Counted from the first letter of the stretch, positions 7,570-16,546 are shown. The stretch is 64,000 nucleotides of DNA from an uncultured Bacteroidales bacterium (GCA_937949745.1 CALECM010000105.1:42877-106876), one strand, 5' to 3'. Program-made: numbers and translations. The notes: generated from the letters alone by a model not told the origin.

Positions 7570-8505
7570 TTAAAATATGGTGAATTGATCGTTTCTCAGA
7601 CTTTTAACCGGGCGTTCTTTAATGATGTCATCTTCCGATACATGTCCTATGAGCAGTGGTGAAGCCGGATCATGTTTTCCCATATTGGATTTAGCGGTGA
7701 GATAATTTCCCTTGATAGCATAACAATAGACACATCCGTTGAGGCAACTTTCGTAAGTTCCGATATCGATGCTTTCAATGCAATTACAAATATCCCGTTG
7801 ATTCTTGTCTTTTTTCGCAGAAATATTATATCCGGTAATCCGCTCAATCAGTTTTTTATCCACGCACAAACCGCCCGGTATTCCGAGATGAGTTAAATCC
7901 ACTTTTATCGTACAGGTATCCAGTTCTATCGGATATTTATCAATGGTTGACTTAAAAGAAACAGCCATCTCCTCGATTTCATCTGTCTCTAACGGATTGA
8001 TATCCAGACGTACAACTGTAGACTTAATATGACGGTAATGGTCGATAAATCCCAGCATGCACTTTTCCGTATGGTCTTTCAAACCTTCCGCTATTTCTGC
8101 GAAGGCTTCCCGGTGAAAAACCACATCATACTTTTTGTTGGTCAGTATAGGGTCGTAGCGCCAGATCACTTTTTCCTTACCTATCTTGTCGGAAAGACAT
8201 TTAAATATCCCGATTCTTTCTTTCACTGAAGGCAGGTTATTTTCGATATCCCGTCCATAAGGATTTAACGTAAACTGGAAATAATAATGATAATCCCTTA
8301 ACATATCCAGCTTATCCAGTATCGGAACCGGATTTTTAGTCCAGAAAACAATACAATCCACAACATCAGGTTTCAGGCTGATTTTACTGATCATTTTAGG
8401 ATTGTAGGGATTAGGGACCAATACATACTGTTCTTTAATCCTGTTGAAAAACCACTTTGAATAAAAAGCCGGAATATCCGTCCTGCGGCTGGCACTGATT
8501 ATCAT
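7570..8505 (-). CDS. DUF1848 domain protein (uncharacterised, Cys-cluster)
   Basis: N-terminus MIISASRRTDIPAFYSKWFFNRI and C-terminal CNCIESIDIGTYESCLNGCVYCYA match my recollection of DUF1848. Confidence 0.7.
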   Translation of the reverse strand: MIISASRRTDIPAFYSKWFFNRIKEQYVLVPNPYNPKMISKISLKPDVVDCIVFWTKNPVPILDKLDMLRDYHYYFQFTLNPYGRDIENNLPSVKERIGIFKCLSDKIGKEKVIWRYDPILTNKKYDVVFHREAFAEIAEGLKDHTEKCMLGFIDHYRHIKSTVVRLDINPLETDEIEEMAVSFKSTIDKYPIELDTCTIKVDLTHLGIPGGLCVDKKLIERITGYNISAKKDKNQRDICNCIESIDIGTYESCLNGCVYCYAIKGNYLTAKSNMGKHDPASPLLIGHVSEDDIIKERPVKSLRNDQFTIF

Positions 8506-8521
8506 ATCATAAAATTAATTT

Positions 8522-8529
8522 CAAATATA
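8522..8529 (-). promoter_or_regulatory. Bacteroidota -7 box (TAnnTTTG)
   Basis: TATATTTG on the minus strand, 16 nt upstream of the DUF1848 ATG at 8505. Confidence 0.45.
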
Positions 8530-8744
8530 ACAAATCCTTCCATATCAGGTTTACCCGGATTAACATTAGGTATTATAAGACCGGAAATCCGCAATATAAA
8601 ACCGTCTGATGAAATTGTACAGGCTTTCGGAATGCTGCCGATTCTACTTTGTCGAAAATTAACCAGCCTCCTATCAAGAATTCTTCAATATCAAAGTATT
8701 GATGAAATTTTTCCCTGGGTTGTTGCATACATTGGATATCCTCA

Positions 8745-9170
8745 TTATTGTCCCGGAATATAATTAATCATCCAGTGGATACCAAATTTATCCGTAATCA
8801 TGGCATACAATTCCGCCCAAAACGTTTTTTGAAGCGGCATGGTTACATTTCCTTCTTCCGAGAGTTTTTCGAATAAATATTTTGCTTCCTCTTCACTTTC
8901 AGCATTCAGGGTAAGAGAAACATTATCTCCAAATGTTATCTTCCGGTTTACAGGCGAATCCGATCCCATTATATAGACTTTTTCGCTTACAGGCAAAAGT
9001 GTATGGAGGATTTTGTTCATATCGGCCGGAGGAATATTGGCTTTTTCCGCATCGGGTAAATCTTTATACCTGGATATGAATCTTCTTTTCACATTAAATA
9101 CGAATTCATAGAAAGTAAAGGCTTCTTCGCAATTACCATCAAAAATCAAATAGGGCTCTATATTTTTCAT
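8745..9170 (-). CDS. VOC-superfamily protein, PhnB/YjdN-like
   Basis: ORF 8745..9242; Met at 9170 (MKNIEPYLIFDGNCEEAFTFYEFVF) removes the overlap with the upstream gene. ...FWAELYAMITDKFGIHWMIN is typical of the PhnB-like family. Confidence 0.6.
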   Translation of the reverse strand: MKNIEPYLIFDGNCEEAFTFYEFVFNVKRRFISRYKDLPDAEKANIPPADMNKILHTLLPVSEKVYIMGSDSPVNRKITFGDNVSLTLNAESEEEAKYLFEKLSEEGNVTMPLQKTFWAELYAMITDKFGIHWMINYIPGQ

Positions 9171-9199
9171 TATTCCTCTTCCTTTTGTTATTAAACATA

Positions 9200-9604
9200 T
9201 TAAGACTGCATACCTTTCATATCCATAAAGAATATTTCCCACAGATGCGCATCGGGATCTTCGAAACGTATGCCGTACATTTCTGAAGGTTCGGTGAATT
9301 TATCGACAATTTTCCCTCCTGCTTTTTCTATTTTATCAGCCTGATTATTTACCTCTTCCTTGCTATCGGCTGATAAAGCCACAATTACTTTGGGTGATTC
9401 CTCCGCATTCCCAATGGGCTTCTTTGTAAATGATTGGAAAAACTCTGCAGCAAGTAACATGACTGATGCTTTATCATTTACTATCATCATGGTGGCCTTC
9501 TCGTCGGTAAAATCCCGGTTAAACTCAAATCCGATTTTGGTATAAAACTCTACCGAACGTGCAAGATTTTTAACCGGGAGATTAATAAATACTTCTCTGC
9601 TCAT
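9200..9604 (-). CDS. VOC-superfamily (glyoxalase/bleomycin-resistance fold) protein
   Basis: MSREVFINLPVKNLARSVEFYTKIGFEF...GIRFEDPDAHLWEI. Lies 29 nt upstream of the next VOC gene on the same strand. Confidence 0.65.
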   Translation of the reverse strand: MSREVFINLPVKNLARSVEFYTKIGFEFNRDFTDEKATMMIVNDKASVMLLAAEFFQSFTKKPIGNAEESPKVIVALSADSKEEVNNQADKIEKAGGKIVDKFTEPSEMYGIRFEDPDAHLWEIFFMDMKGMQS

Positions 9605-9790
9605 AATTAAATAATTTTCGTTTATTCATATAGAACAGGCAGCAGCGTATATTAGTTTTCTATAAAATAATATTTATTGATTGCAGGAAGTTTGTATCCA
9701 ACGGATTACTTATTGGATTGATAATGATGTTTAAAATTTAAAATCAATGACATTGTCAATTTTTCGGTTGTGAGAAAGCTCATAGAATAT

Positions 9791-9798
9791 TAACTTTG
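9791..9798 (+). promoter_or_regulatory. Bacteroidota -7 box (TAnnTTTG)
   Basis: TAACTTTG, 142 nt upstream of the ada ATG at 9941. Confidence 0.35.
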
Positions 9799-9940
9799 CC
9801 ATTGAAATATTTCACCTCACAAATAGGTGTACGGAAAAATAAATGTAGTTTTTAAAAGGTTATCAGGAAAATTATCGAACAGTGGCTTTCCGGATGAGAC
9901 AGCGACCGTATGTGATTCCGTAACGATTAAAATAAAATGT

Positions 9941-10987
9941 ATGGAAACTGAAAGAGAGATATTTTATAAGGCATTAATGGAAAGGGACAGTTCTTTTGAA
10001 GGAGTGTTTATAGTCGCAGTAAAAACGACCGGAATATTCTGTCGTCCCACCTGTCCGGCAAAGCCCAAACCGGAAAATATCGAGTTTTTCCGTTCAACAC
10101 AGGATGCTATGGAGAATGGTTACAGACCGTGCAAAATTTGCAAACCTTTGGAGAAACTAGGAAATCCTCCTGACGGTATCAAGCAGTTATTGAAGTATCT
10201 GGAAGAAAATCCTTCGATTAAAATTACGGATACCAAACTAAAGGAAATGGGACTTGAACCCAATCAGGTTCGCAGATGGTTTCTGAAAAACTATAAGCAA
10301 ACTTTCCATACCTACCAGAGAATGTATCGGGCTAATACTGCCTTTCAGCGGATACAATCCGAACAAAATATAACGAATGTAGCATACGATTCGGGGTACG
10401 ATTCCTTAAGCGGATTCGGAAATATGTTCAAAACCGTCATAGGATCTTCTCCGCAGAATAGTAAAAACAAACGTATTGTCAATGTTACCTATATCGAAAC
10501 AGACCTGGGATTGATGGTAGCAGCCGCGACCGAAAAAGGAATCTGTATGTTTGAGTTTTCAGATTACAAATTGATTGATTTAGAATTCCGGCAACTGAGT
10601 GAGGAGTTTAAAGCCCCGCTCGTTCAGGGTGAAAATCCTCACTTTGATACACTCAGGAAGCAGTTAGAGGAGTACTTTAATGGGGAACGGAAAAATTTTG
10701 ACATTCCATTGGATTTAGCCGGTACGAAATTTCAAAAAAAGGTATGGCTGTCTTTAGTGCAAATTCCTTATGGCTCGACAACCACCTACGCAAAACAAGC
10801 TGAACTTTTAGGCAAACCCACTGCCGTAAGGGCTGTGGCCAATGCCAATGGAAAAAATAAAATCTCCATAATCCTGCCTTGCCACAGGGTTATCGGTACT
10901 GACGGAACACTTACGGGTTATGGCGGTGGGATATGGAGAAAAAAGAAATTGTTGGAATTTGAGAAAGAAAATATGAGGACCATATAA
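9941..10987 (+). CDS. ada: bifunctional Ada: methylphosphotriester-DNA methyl acceptor, AraC HTH and O6-alkylguanine-DNA methyltransferase
   Basis: ORF 9827..10987 (GTG); ATG 9941 preferred. N-terminal Cys4 domain GIFCRPTCPAKP...YRPCKICKP. AraC HTH region. C-terminal active site ILPCHRVIG. Confidence 0.8.
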   Translation: METEREIFYKALMERDSSFEGVFIVAVKTTGIFCRPTCPAKPKPENIEFFRSTQDAMENGYRPCKICKPLEKLGNPPDGIKQLLKYLEENPSIKITDTKLKEMGLEPNQVRRWFLKNYKQTFHTYQRMYRANTAFQRIQSEQNITNVAYDSGYDSLSGFGNMFKTVIGSSPQNSKNKRIVNVTYIETDLGLMVAAATEKGICMFEFSDYKLIDLEFRQLSEEFKAPLVQGENPHFDTLRKQLEEYFNGERKNFDIPLDLAGTKFQKKVWLSLVQIPYGSTTTYAKQAELLGKPTAVRAVANANGKNKISIILPCHRVIGTDGTLTGYGGGIWRKKKLLEFEKENMRTI

Positions 10988-11056
10988 AGCCAGCATGCTA
11001 TTTACCATTACTTATTAAGTTTACTTAAATTTTGTCTATTTTCGGAAGTCTTTTGT

Positions 11057-11064
11057 TATATTTG
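11057..11064 (+). promoter_or_regulatory. Bacteroidota -7 box (TAnnTTTG)
   Basis: TATATTTG, 16 nt upstream of ATG 11081. Confidence 0.5.
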
Positions 11065-11080
11065 TAAAAAAGAAAATAAG

Positions 11081-11695
11081 ATGAATATACTCTTAATTAA
11101 TGGAAGCCCCCACAGCAAAGGGAATACTTTTACCGCTTTGTCAGAAGTAGCGGAGACGCTGGAAAAAGAAAACATCCAAACCGAGATTTTCCATATCGGC
11201 AACAAGGCGGTACAAGGTTGTATCGCCTGCTACAAATGCTTTGAACTGGGAAGATGTATATTCCAGGACGAACCCTATAACAATTTAAGGGAAAGCCTGC
11301 GGAAAGCGGACGGAATCATCATCGGTACTCCGGTTTATTATGCCGGACCAAACGGATCGTTATGCGCTCTCCTGGACCGGATATTTTATTCCTGCGGTGA
11401 TTTATTACAGTATAAGCCGGGAGCATCGGTAGCGGTATGCCGGAGAGGCGGCGCGAGTGCTGCTTTCGACAGGCTGAACAAATATTTTACCATTTCCAAT
11501 ATGCCGGTGGTGGCTTCCCAATACTGGAACAGTGTCCACGGCCTTATGCCGGGCGAAGCGTCACAGGATGCGGAAGGTTTGCAAACCATGCGGACTTTGG
11601 GAAGGAATATGGCCTGGATGTTAAGGAACCTGCACTCCGGAACAGCGCCACGTCCCGAACCGGAAATCCGGCAATCCACCAATTTCATCCGGTAA
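11081..11695 (+). CDS. flavodoxin-fold NAD(P)H-dependent FMN reductase / iron-sulfur flavoprotein (Isf-like)
   Basis: MNILLINGSPHSKGNT. Compact Cys motif CIACYKCFELGRC (C-x2-C-x2-C-x5-C). GTPVYYAGPNG. Confidence 0.65.
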   Translation: MNILLINGSPHSKGNTFTALSEVAETLEKENIQTEIFHIGNKAVQGCIACYKCFELGRCIFQDEPYNNLRESLRKADGIIIGTPVYYAGPNGSLCALLDRIFYSCGDLLQYKPGASVAVCRRGGASAAFDRLNKYFTISNMPVVASQYWNSVHGLMPGEASQDAEGLQTMRTLGRNMAWMLRNLHSGTAPRPEPEIRQSTNFIR

Positions 11696-11718
11696 TATAG
11701 TATCCAAATCCATATCAG

Positions 11719-12474
11719 ATGTATATTGAGTATCCTGCAGATATACGGTTGCAGCATCTTATAGACACCTACTGGGTAAGCGACGGCTTCCTGAAAGATC
11801 CGGTTTCACAACGGATTCTGCCCGATGGTTGTGTGGATATCATTTTTAACTTCTCAGGCGATCAAACAAACGGAAAAGTTGTCCCGGAAGAGCCCCGAAT
11901 AATAGGCACTATGACCACTGTCCTTCAGATCCATCATCAGCCGGGACAGGTCCAGATGATGGGTATTCGTTTCCGTCCCGGCGGAATTACCGCTTTTACC
12001 CGGATGCCGGTGGACGAAATTACCGATAAGCGTATTCCGTTGGATTTTGCGGATACCCTTTTCGATTCATATTTCTATGATTCTCTTCCTGATAAAGATT
12101 TAACCCGGCGATTACACCACATCGACCGTTATCTGACAGCAAAGTTGGGTCAATGTTTTATACCGGACAACCGGATTTTGCATGCCGCTTCACTGGTAAA
12201 GAACAGCCACGGGTCAATGTCTATGCGGAAATTAGCGCAAGAAGCGTGCCTGAGCGAAAGACAATTTGAACGCAAGTTTAAATCCGCCGTCGGTATCACA
12301 CCCAAATATTTCAGTAAGGTTGTCCGGTTCCAATATGCCCGTCACTTCCTGAAGTCACATCCCCAAGCGCCGTTCGACACCGTGGCCTCCTGTTGCGGAT
12401 ATCACGACCGTTCCCACCTTCATAAAGATTTCTGTCAATTAGGCCAATTCACTCCTTCGGAATTACTTCCCTGA
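11719..12474 (+). CDS. AraC-family transcriptional regulator
   Basis: C-terminal HTH (MRKLAQEACLSERQFERKFKSAVGITPKYFSKVVRF...GYHDRSHLHKDF). N-terminal ILPDGCVDIIFNF sensor-like domain. Confidence 0.75.
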   Translation: MYIEYPADIRLQHLIDTYWVSDGFLKDPVSQRILPDGCVDIIFNFSGDQTNGKVVPEEPRIIGTMTTVLQIHHQPGQVQMMGIRFRPGGITAFTRMPVDEITDKRIPLDFADTLFDSYFYDSLPDKDLTRRLHHIDRYLTAKLGQCFIPDNRILHAASLVKNSHGSMSMRKLAQEACLSERQFERKFKSAVGITPKYFSKVVRFQYARHFLKSHPQAPFDTVASCCGYHDRSHLHKDFCQLGQFTPSELLP

Positions 12475-12557
12475 CCAGTTTTTCGCTGTAAGAAAATCAT
12501 TTTTTTCTAAATCATAAGAATGTCCATTTTTTACAATTTTTTCTCTGCGGGGGATTT

Positions 12558-12565
12558 TATTTTTG
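12558..12565 (+). promoter_or_regulatory. Bacteroidota -7 box (TAnnTTTG)
   Basis: TATTTTTG, 74 nt upstream of ATG 12640. Confidence 0.45.
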
Positions 12566-12639
12566 TACTCCTTATTTAGATAAGGTAAACTCAATAATGA
12601 AGGGTAAAATTAAGAAATATTAACACCTAAAAAGAAAAT

Positions 12640-13863
12640 ATGGACACTTTATCATTAATCAAAAAGGCAGAAAAACATTTGCAAACCTTATGTTCGGAAA
12701 TACCGGAACGCCGGGTAGGCGGTCCGGGCAATCTTAGAGCTACCGCCTATGTAAAGGAATACTTTAGTCATGCCGGCTGGAAAGTGGAAGAAACCCCGCT
12801 TTCCGTGATGGACTGGAAAGGAGACGGAGCAAAATTAACCTGTGGTACGCAAACATTCGAAGTATTTTCTTCCCATTATTCTTTGGGATTCTTGGGTGAA
12901 GGCGAACTGGTGGCTGTAGATACACCGGAGAAACTGGAAAAAAGCGATATCACCGGTAAATTAGTATTGCTTCACGGAGCCATCGCTTCCGAACAGATCA
13001 TGCCTAAGAATTTCATCTTTTATAATCCCGAAGAACACTGTAAAATCATAGCTTTACTTGAAAAAGGTAAACCCAAAGCGATCATATGCGCCACGGGGCA
13101 CAACCCGGCGGCTGCAGGCGGCGTATATCCGTTCCCGCTCTTTGAAGACGGCGATTTCGACATTCCGTCGGTTTATATGAAAGATACTGAAGGAGAAAAA
13201 TTACTCGGATGCGTAGGACAAACTATTTCGCTGGAATCAAAAGCATCACGGATACCGGCAATCGCTTTTAACGAGATCGCCAGGAAAGAAGGAACTTCTC
13301 CGAAACGTATCGCCGTTACGGCGCATATCGATGCGAAAATTGGAACTCCAGGTGCCATCGATAACGCTACCGGAGTAACGGTATTATTGCTGCTGGCCGA
13401 CCTGCTGAAAGATTATGCGGGAAAATATCCCGTGGAACTGATTGCTTTTAACGGGGAAGATTATTACGCCGTACCCGGACAAATGAAATATATTCAACAA
13501 AATATGCATAATTTTGATAAAATACTGCTGAATATTAACATTGACGGTGCAGGATACAAAGACGGGCCTTCCTGTTTCTCCAGTTTTCAACTTCCCGAAG
13601 ATATAGACAAGAGCGTGAAACAGGTAATTGAAGAATATCCGGACATTGTGGAAGGATTACCATGGTATCAGGGAGATCACAGTATTTTCCTGCAAAACGG
13701 ATGCCCGGCGATCGCGGTAAGTTCGGACTGGTTTATCCGGAATATGGAAAACCAGGAGATTACCCATACCCCGAAAGATAACCTGGAAATCGTGAACTAT
13801 AAACGGGTAGCGGAATGCGCGCTCGGCATCAAAACTCTTATTGATTACCTTAATGAAAATTAA
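12640..13863 (+). CDS. M28-family metallopeptidase (no signal peptide seen)
   Basis: AVTAHIDAKIGTPGAIDNATGVTVLLLLA and ...FNGEDYY.. metal-ligand patterns of M28 aminopeptidases. Confidence 0.65.
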   Translation: MDTLSLIKKAEKHLQTLCSEIPERRVGGPGNLRATAYVKEYFSHAGWKVEETPLSVMDWKGDGAKLTCGTQTFEVFSSHYSLGFLGEGELVAVDTPEKLEKSDITGKLVLLHGAIASEQIMPKNFIFYNPEEHCKIIALLEKGKPKAIICATGHNPAAAGGVYPFPLFEDGDFDIPSVYMKDTEGEKLLGCVGQTISLESKASRIPAIAFNEIARKEGTSPKRIAVTAHIDAKIGTPGAIDNATGVTVLLLLADLLKDYAGKYPVELIAFNGEDYYAVPGQMKYIQQNMHNFDKILLNINIDGAGYKDGPSCFSSFQLPEDIDKSVKQVIEEYPDIVEGLPWYQGDHSIFLQNGCPAIAVSSDWFIRNMENQEITHTPKDNLEIVNYKRVAECALGIKTLIDYLNEN

Positions 13864-13955
13864 GGCTCAAATATCCGCTATCATCGTTATTGGCAATCCA
13901 TATCTACTATGATATATAAAACTGATAAATGCTTTAAGTCATATGAATACTTTTT

Positions 13956-14020
13956 GTCATTCTGAGTGTAACGAAGAATCTACCAATACAATATAGATCC
14001 TTCACTACGTTCAGGATGAC
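13956..14020. repeat. complete inverted pair of the dispersed palindromic repeat family
   Basis: gtcattctgagtgtaacgaagaatc (13956-13980) and gatccttcactacgttcaggatgac (13996-14020). Confidence 0.7.
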
Positions 14021-14093
14021 GAAAGGTATGTTTTCATATTTTAATGGAAAAATAAAAGTCGGATTTTTACACGGTTCATATTCCGGAATAGAC

Positions 14094-14101
14094 TACTTTT
14101 G
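14094..14101 (+). promoter_or_regulatory. Bacteroidota -7 box (TAnnTTTG)
   Basis: TACTTTTG, 22 nt upstream of ATG 14124. Confidence 0.45.
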
Positions 14102-14123
14102 CTTTAATCTAAAATCATGAAAT

Positions 14124-14525
14124 ATGAATAATCACATGGAATATGTTTCATTATCACCTAATGTAGGGGTAACGGACGTGAACGAAACCGTAAAGTTCTA
14201 TACTGAAATACTCGGATTCAATCTTGTATTAAGCAATCCCGAAAGCGGGAAACTGGAATGGGCGATGGTTGCCAACGGTAATGCCGTGATTATGTTCCAG
14301 GAGATAGAAAGCCTAAGGAACGAATATCCGGCTTTGAAAGAACGTGCTCCAATGGGCACCCTCACTTTCTATGTGAAAATTAAAAACATGAAACCGTTAT
14401 ATGAAAAACTGAAAGATACCGCCTTTATAGCCAATGGTATCCATCAAACATTTTACGGTGCCGACGAATTTGCTGTTTTCGACAATAACGGTTATATTTT
14501 AACCATAACCGAAGATAAGGAATAA
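14124..14525 (+). CDS. VOC-superfamily protein
   Basis: VTDVNETVKFYTEILGFNLV...GADEFAVFDNNGYILTI. Confidence 0.65.
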   Translation: MNNHMEYVSLSPNVGVTDVNETVKFYTEILGFNLVLSNPESGKLEWAMVANGNAVIMFQEIESLRNEYPALKERAPMGTLTFYVKIKNMKPLYEKLKDTAFIANGIHQTFYGADEFAVFDNNGYILTITEDKE

Positions 14526-14598
14526 GATAATCTTACGGAGGATCAGAATTTACCGTCCGTCGAACTATTGAAAGAGTATTTAGAGATGTTAAATTCTT

Positions 14599-14606
14599 TA
14601 TCTTTG
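14599..14606 (+). promoter_or_regulatory. Bacteroidota -7 box (TAnnTTTG)
   Basis: TATCTTTG, 64 nt upstream of ATG 14671. Confidence 0.5.
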
Positions 14607-14670
14607 TGATTCGATACAGGAAAATACCGCACAACAATTATCGGAAAAAGTTGTTTTAAATAAAAAAATT

Positions 14671-14955
14671 ATGGAAGATCAAAAAATTTGTCAAAGCTGT
14701 GGTATGCCGATGAATGCCGAGGAAGATTTCGGCACCAATCAAGACCAGACCATCAATGAAGAATATTGTAATTATTGTTTTAAAAACGGAGGTTTCGCCC
14801 ATAATATCACCATGGAGGAAATGATCGAACACAACCTTCATTATCTGGATGTATATAACCGGGACGCGGAACAAAAAGTAACCGAAGAGGAAGCCAGGGA
14901 ACAAATGAGGGAATATTTTCCTACCCTGAAAAGGTGGCATAAAACTAAATCATGA
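14671..14955 (+). CDS. stand-alone zinc-ribbon protein (same module as the N-terminus of the 5023..6174 regulator)
   Basis: CQSCGMPM...EYCNYCFKNGGF...FPTLKRWHK parallels CQSCGMPL...EYCYYCLKDGKY...LPTLKRWKQK. Confidence 0.6.
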   Translation: MEDQKICQSCGMPMNAEEDFGTNQDQTINEEYCNYCFKNGGFAHNITMEEMIEHNLHYLDVYNRDAEQKVTEEEAREQMREYFPTLKRWHKTKS

Positions 14956-15356
14956 AATTTAAGGATTTATCCGTTACCTTCCATACGGATAAAATAACCG
15001 AATGCGTGGATTATTATATAAAATATTTCCACGCTAAAATGGTTTTCGACGCCGGATGGTACGTGACGGTCAGACTGGAAAGTGATAAAAATTCCCCAAT
15101 ATTTATCTCTTTCCAGTCTTCTGAAAAAATAACAAGGAATAACTTTACCGGCGGCGTGACCCTTAATTTATTGACCGGGGACGTGGACGAATATTATCGT
15201 GAATTGAAAAAAAGCGGAATTCTCTTTTTGGAAGAGATTACGGACCATACTTGGGGAGACCGCGCCTTCAGCGTACAGGATCCCATCGGTAATATCGTAT
15301 ATATTTACTCCGAAAGGGAAATGGGTGACGAATATAAACCGGCGATAAAAGAATAG
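14952..15356 (+). CDS. VOC-superfamily protein
   Basis: Start ATG overlaps the upstream stop (ATGA at 14952-14955). ...TDHTWGDRAFSVQDPIGNIVYIY. Confidence 0.6.
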   Translation: MKFKDLSVTFHTDKITECVDYYIKYFHAKMVFDAGWYVTVRLESDKNSPIFISFQSSEKITRNNFTGGVTLNLLTGDVDEYYRELKKSGILFLEEITDHTWGDRAFSVQDPIGNIVYIYSEREMGDEYKPAIKE

Positions 15357-15465
15357 AAGAATCCGGAAAAATAGACGGAATATTCATGGGAAACCGGTAG
15401 TATCTGATATTCGGTTATACTCCACTTAAAAATCTGACATTATATAAAAATAACAGCGAATTGTA

Positions 15466-16368
15466 ATGAATATCACTTTACGGCCCTGGTCTAAGAATGA
15501 CCTGGATATCCTGATTGAATACGCCAATAATCCTCATATCGCACAAAACCTGAGAGACGGATTTCCTCATCCTTATACCCGTCAGGACGGAAAAACCTTT
15601 ATCTCTTCGGTTTGTACCGAAAATCCCACGAAAGTATTCGCCATCACCATTGACAACAACCATCCTATAGGCTCCATCGGAGTATTTCCGCAAACCGATA
15701 TCCACCGGAAAAATGCCGAAATAGGTTATTGGCTCGCCGAACCTTTTTGGGGAAAAGGAATTATGGCGGAGGCGGTCAGGCAAATGGTCGATTACGGATT
15801 CCGCACTTTCGATATAAACCGCATTTTTGCCAGTCCTTTCGGAAATAACAAAGCTTCCCAACGGGTTTTGGAAAAATCAGGTTTTACATTGGAAGCCCGA
15901 CTTGAGAAAACATTATACAAAGACGGTAAATTCCTGGACGAATATATTTACGGTATCAGAAGGAATGAAGGAAAAGTTACAAAAATCCTGCCCGTCGTAG
16001 AAAAGATAAACATCGTGATCGATTGCCGGAACGCCGGAACCATGGCTGAGTTCTACAGCAAATTGCTGAATTGGGACTGGACACATCCCCGTGGCAACGG
16101 ATGGGCCGCGATCACATCACCCGTCACAGGCATGGTCATCGCATTCCAGGAAGTAGAGCATTATCGTGCGCCCGTCTGGCCGTGGAAACCTGAAAAGCAA
16201 GGACAAATGCTCCACCTTGATTTCTATGTGGATGATCTTGAAAAAGCCGTGGCTTTTGCTTTGGAATGTGGCGCCGTACCAGCCACCGAGCAATATTTTA
16301 CCACTTCCCGTACCCTTTTTGATCCCGAAGGACACCCTTTCTGCCTAGATACCGATGAACCGGAATAA
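15466..16368 (+). CDS. GNAT N-acetyltransferase (RimJ/RimL-like) fused to a C-terminal VOC-like domain
   Basis: N-terminal half: IGYWLAEPFWGKGIMAEAVRQMVDYGF...NKASQRVLEKSGF. C-terminal half: VIDCRNAGTMAEFYSKLLNWDW...HLDFYVDDLEKAVAFALECGA...LFDPEGHPFCL. Confidence 0.65.
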   Translation: MNITLRPWSKNDLDILIEYANNPHIAQNLRDGFPHPYTRQDGKTFISSVCTENPTKVFAITIDNNHPIGSIGVFPQTDIHRKNAEIGYWLAEPFWGKGIMAEAVRQMVDYGFRTFDINRIFASPFGNNKASQRVLEKSGFTLEARLEKTLYKDGKFLDEYIYGIRRNEGKVTKILPVVEKINIVIDCRNAGTMAEFYSKLLNWDWTHPRGNGWAAITSPVTGMVIAFQEVEHYRAPVWPWKPEKQGQMLHLDFYVDDLEKAVAFALECGAVPATEQYFTTSRTLFDPEGHPFCLDTDEPE

Positions 16369-16495
16369 AAGTAAATAATGGTAGCCGATATTGAACAAAA
16401 AGCATCAAAGGATACTTTTTCTCCAATCCTACCCACTCGTGGCGAAGCGATAATTTATTTATTAGCAACACATTAGGCAATTCAAAAATTATATG

Positions 16496-16503
16496 TATCT
16501 TTG
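16496..16503 (+). promoter_or_regulatory. Bacteroidota -7 box (TAnnTTTG)
   Basis: TATCTTTG, 192 nt upstream of ATG 16696 (141 nt upstream of the alternative start at 16645). Confidence 0.4.
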
Positions 16504-16546
16504 CAATATGTTTAAAACCACACATAAATCGGATTTGGTAAGGTAA

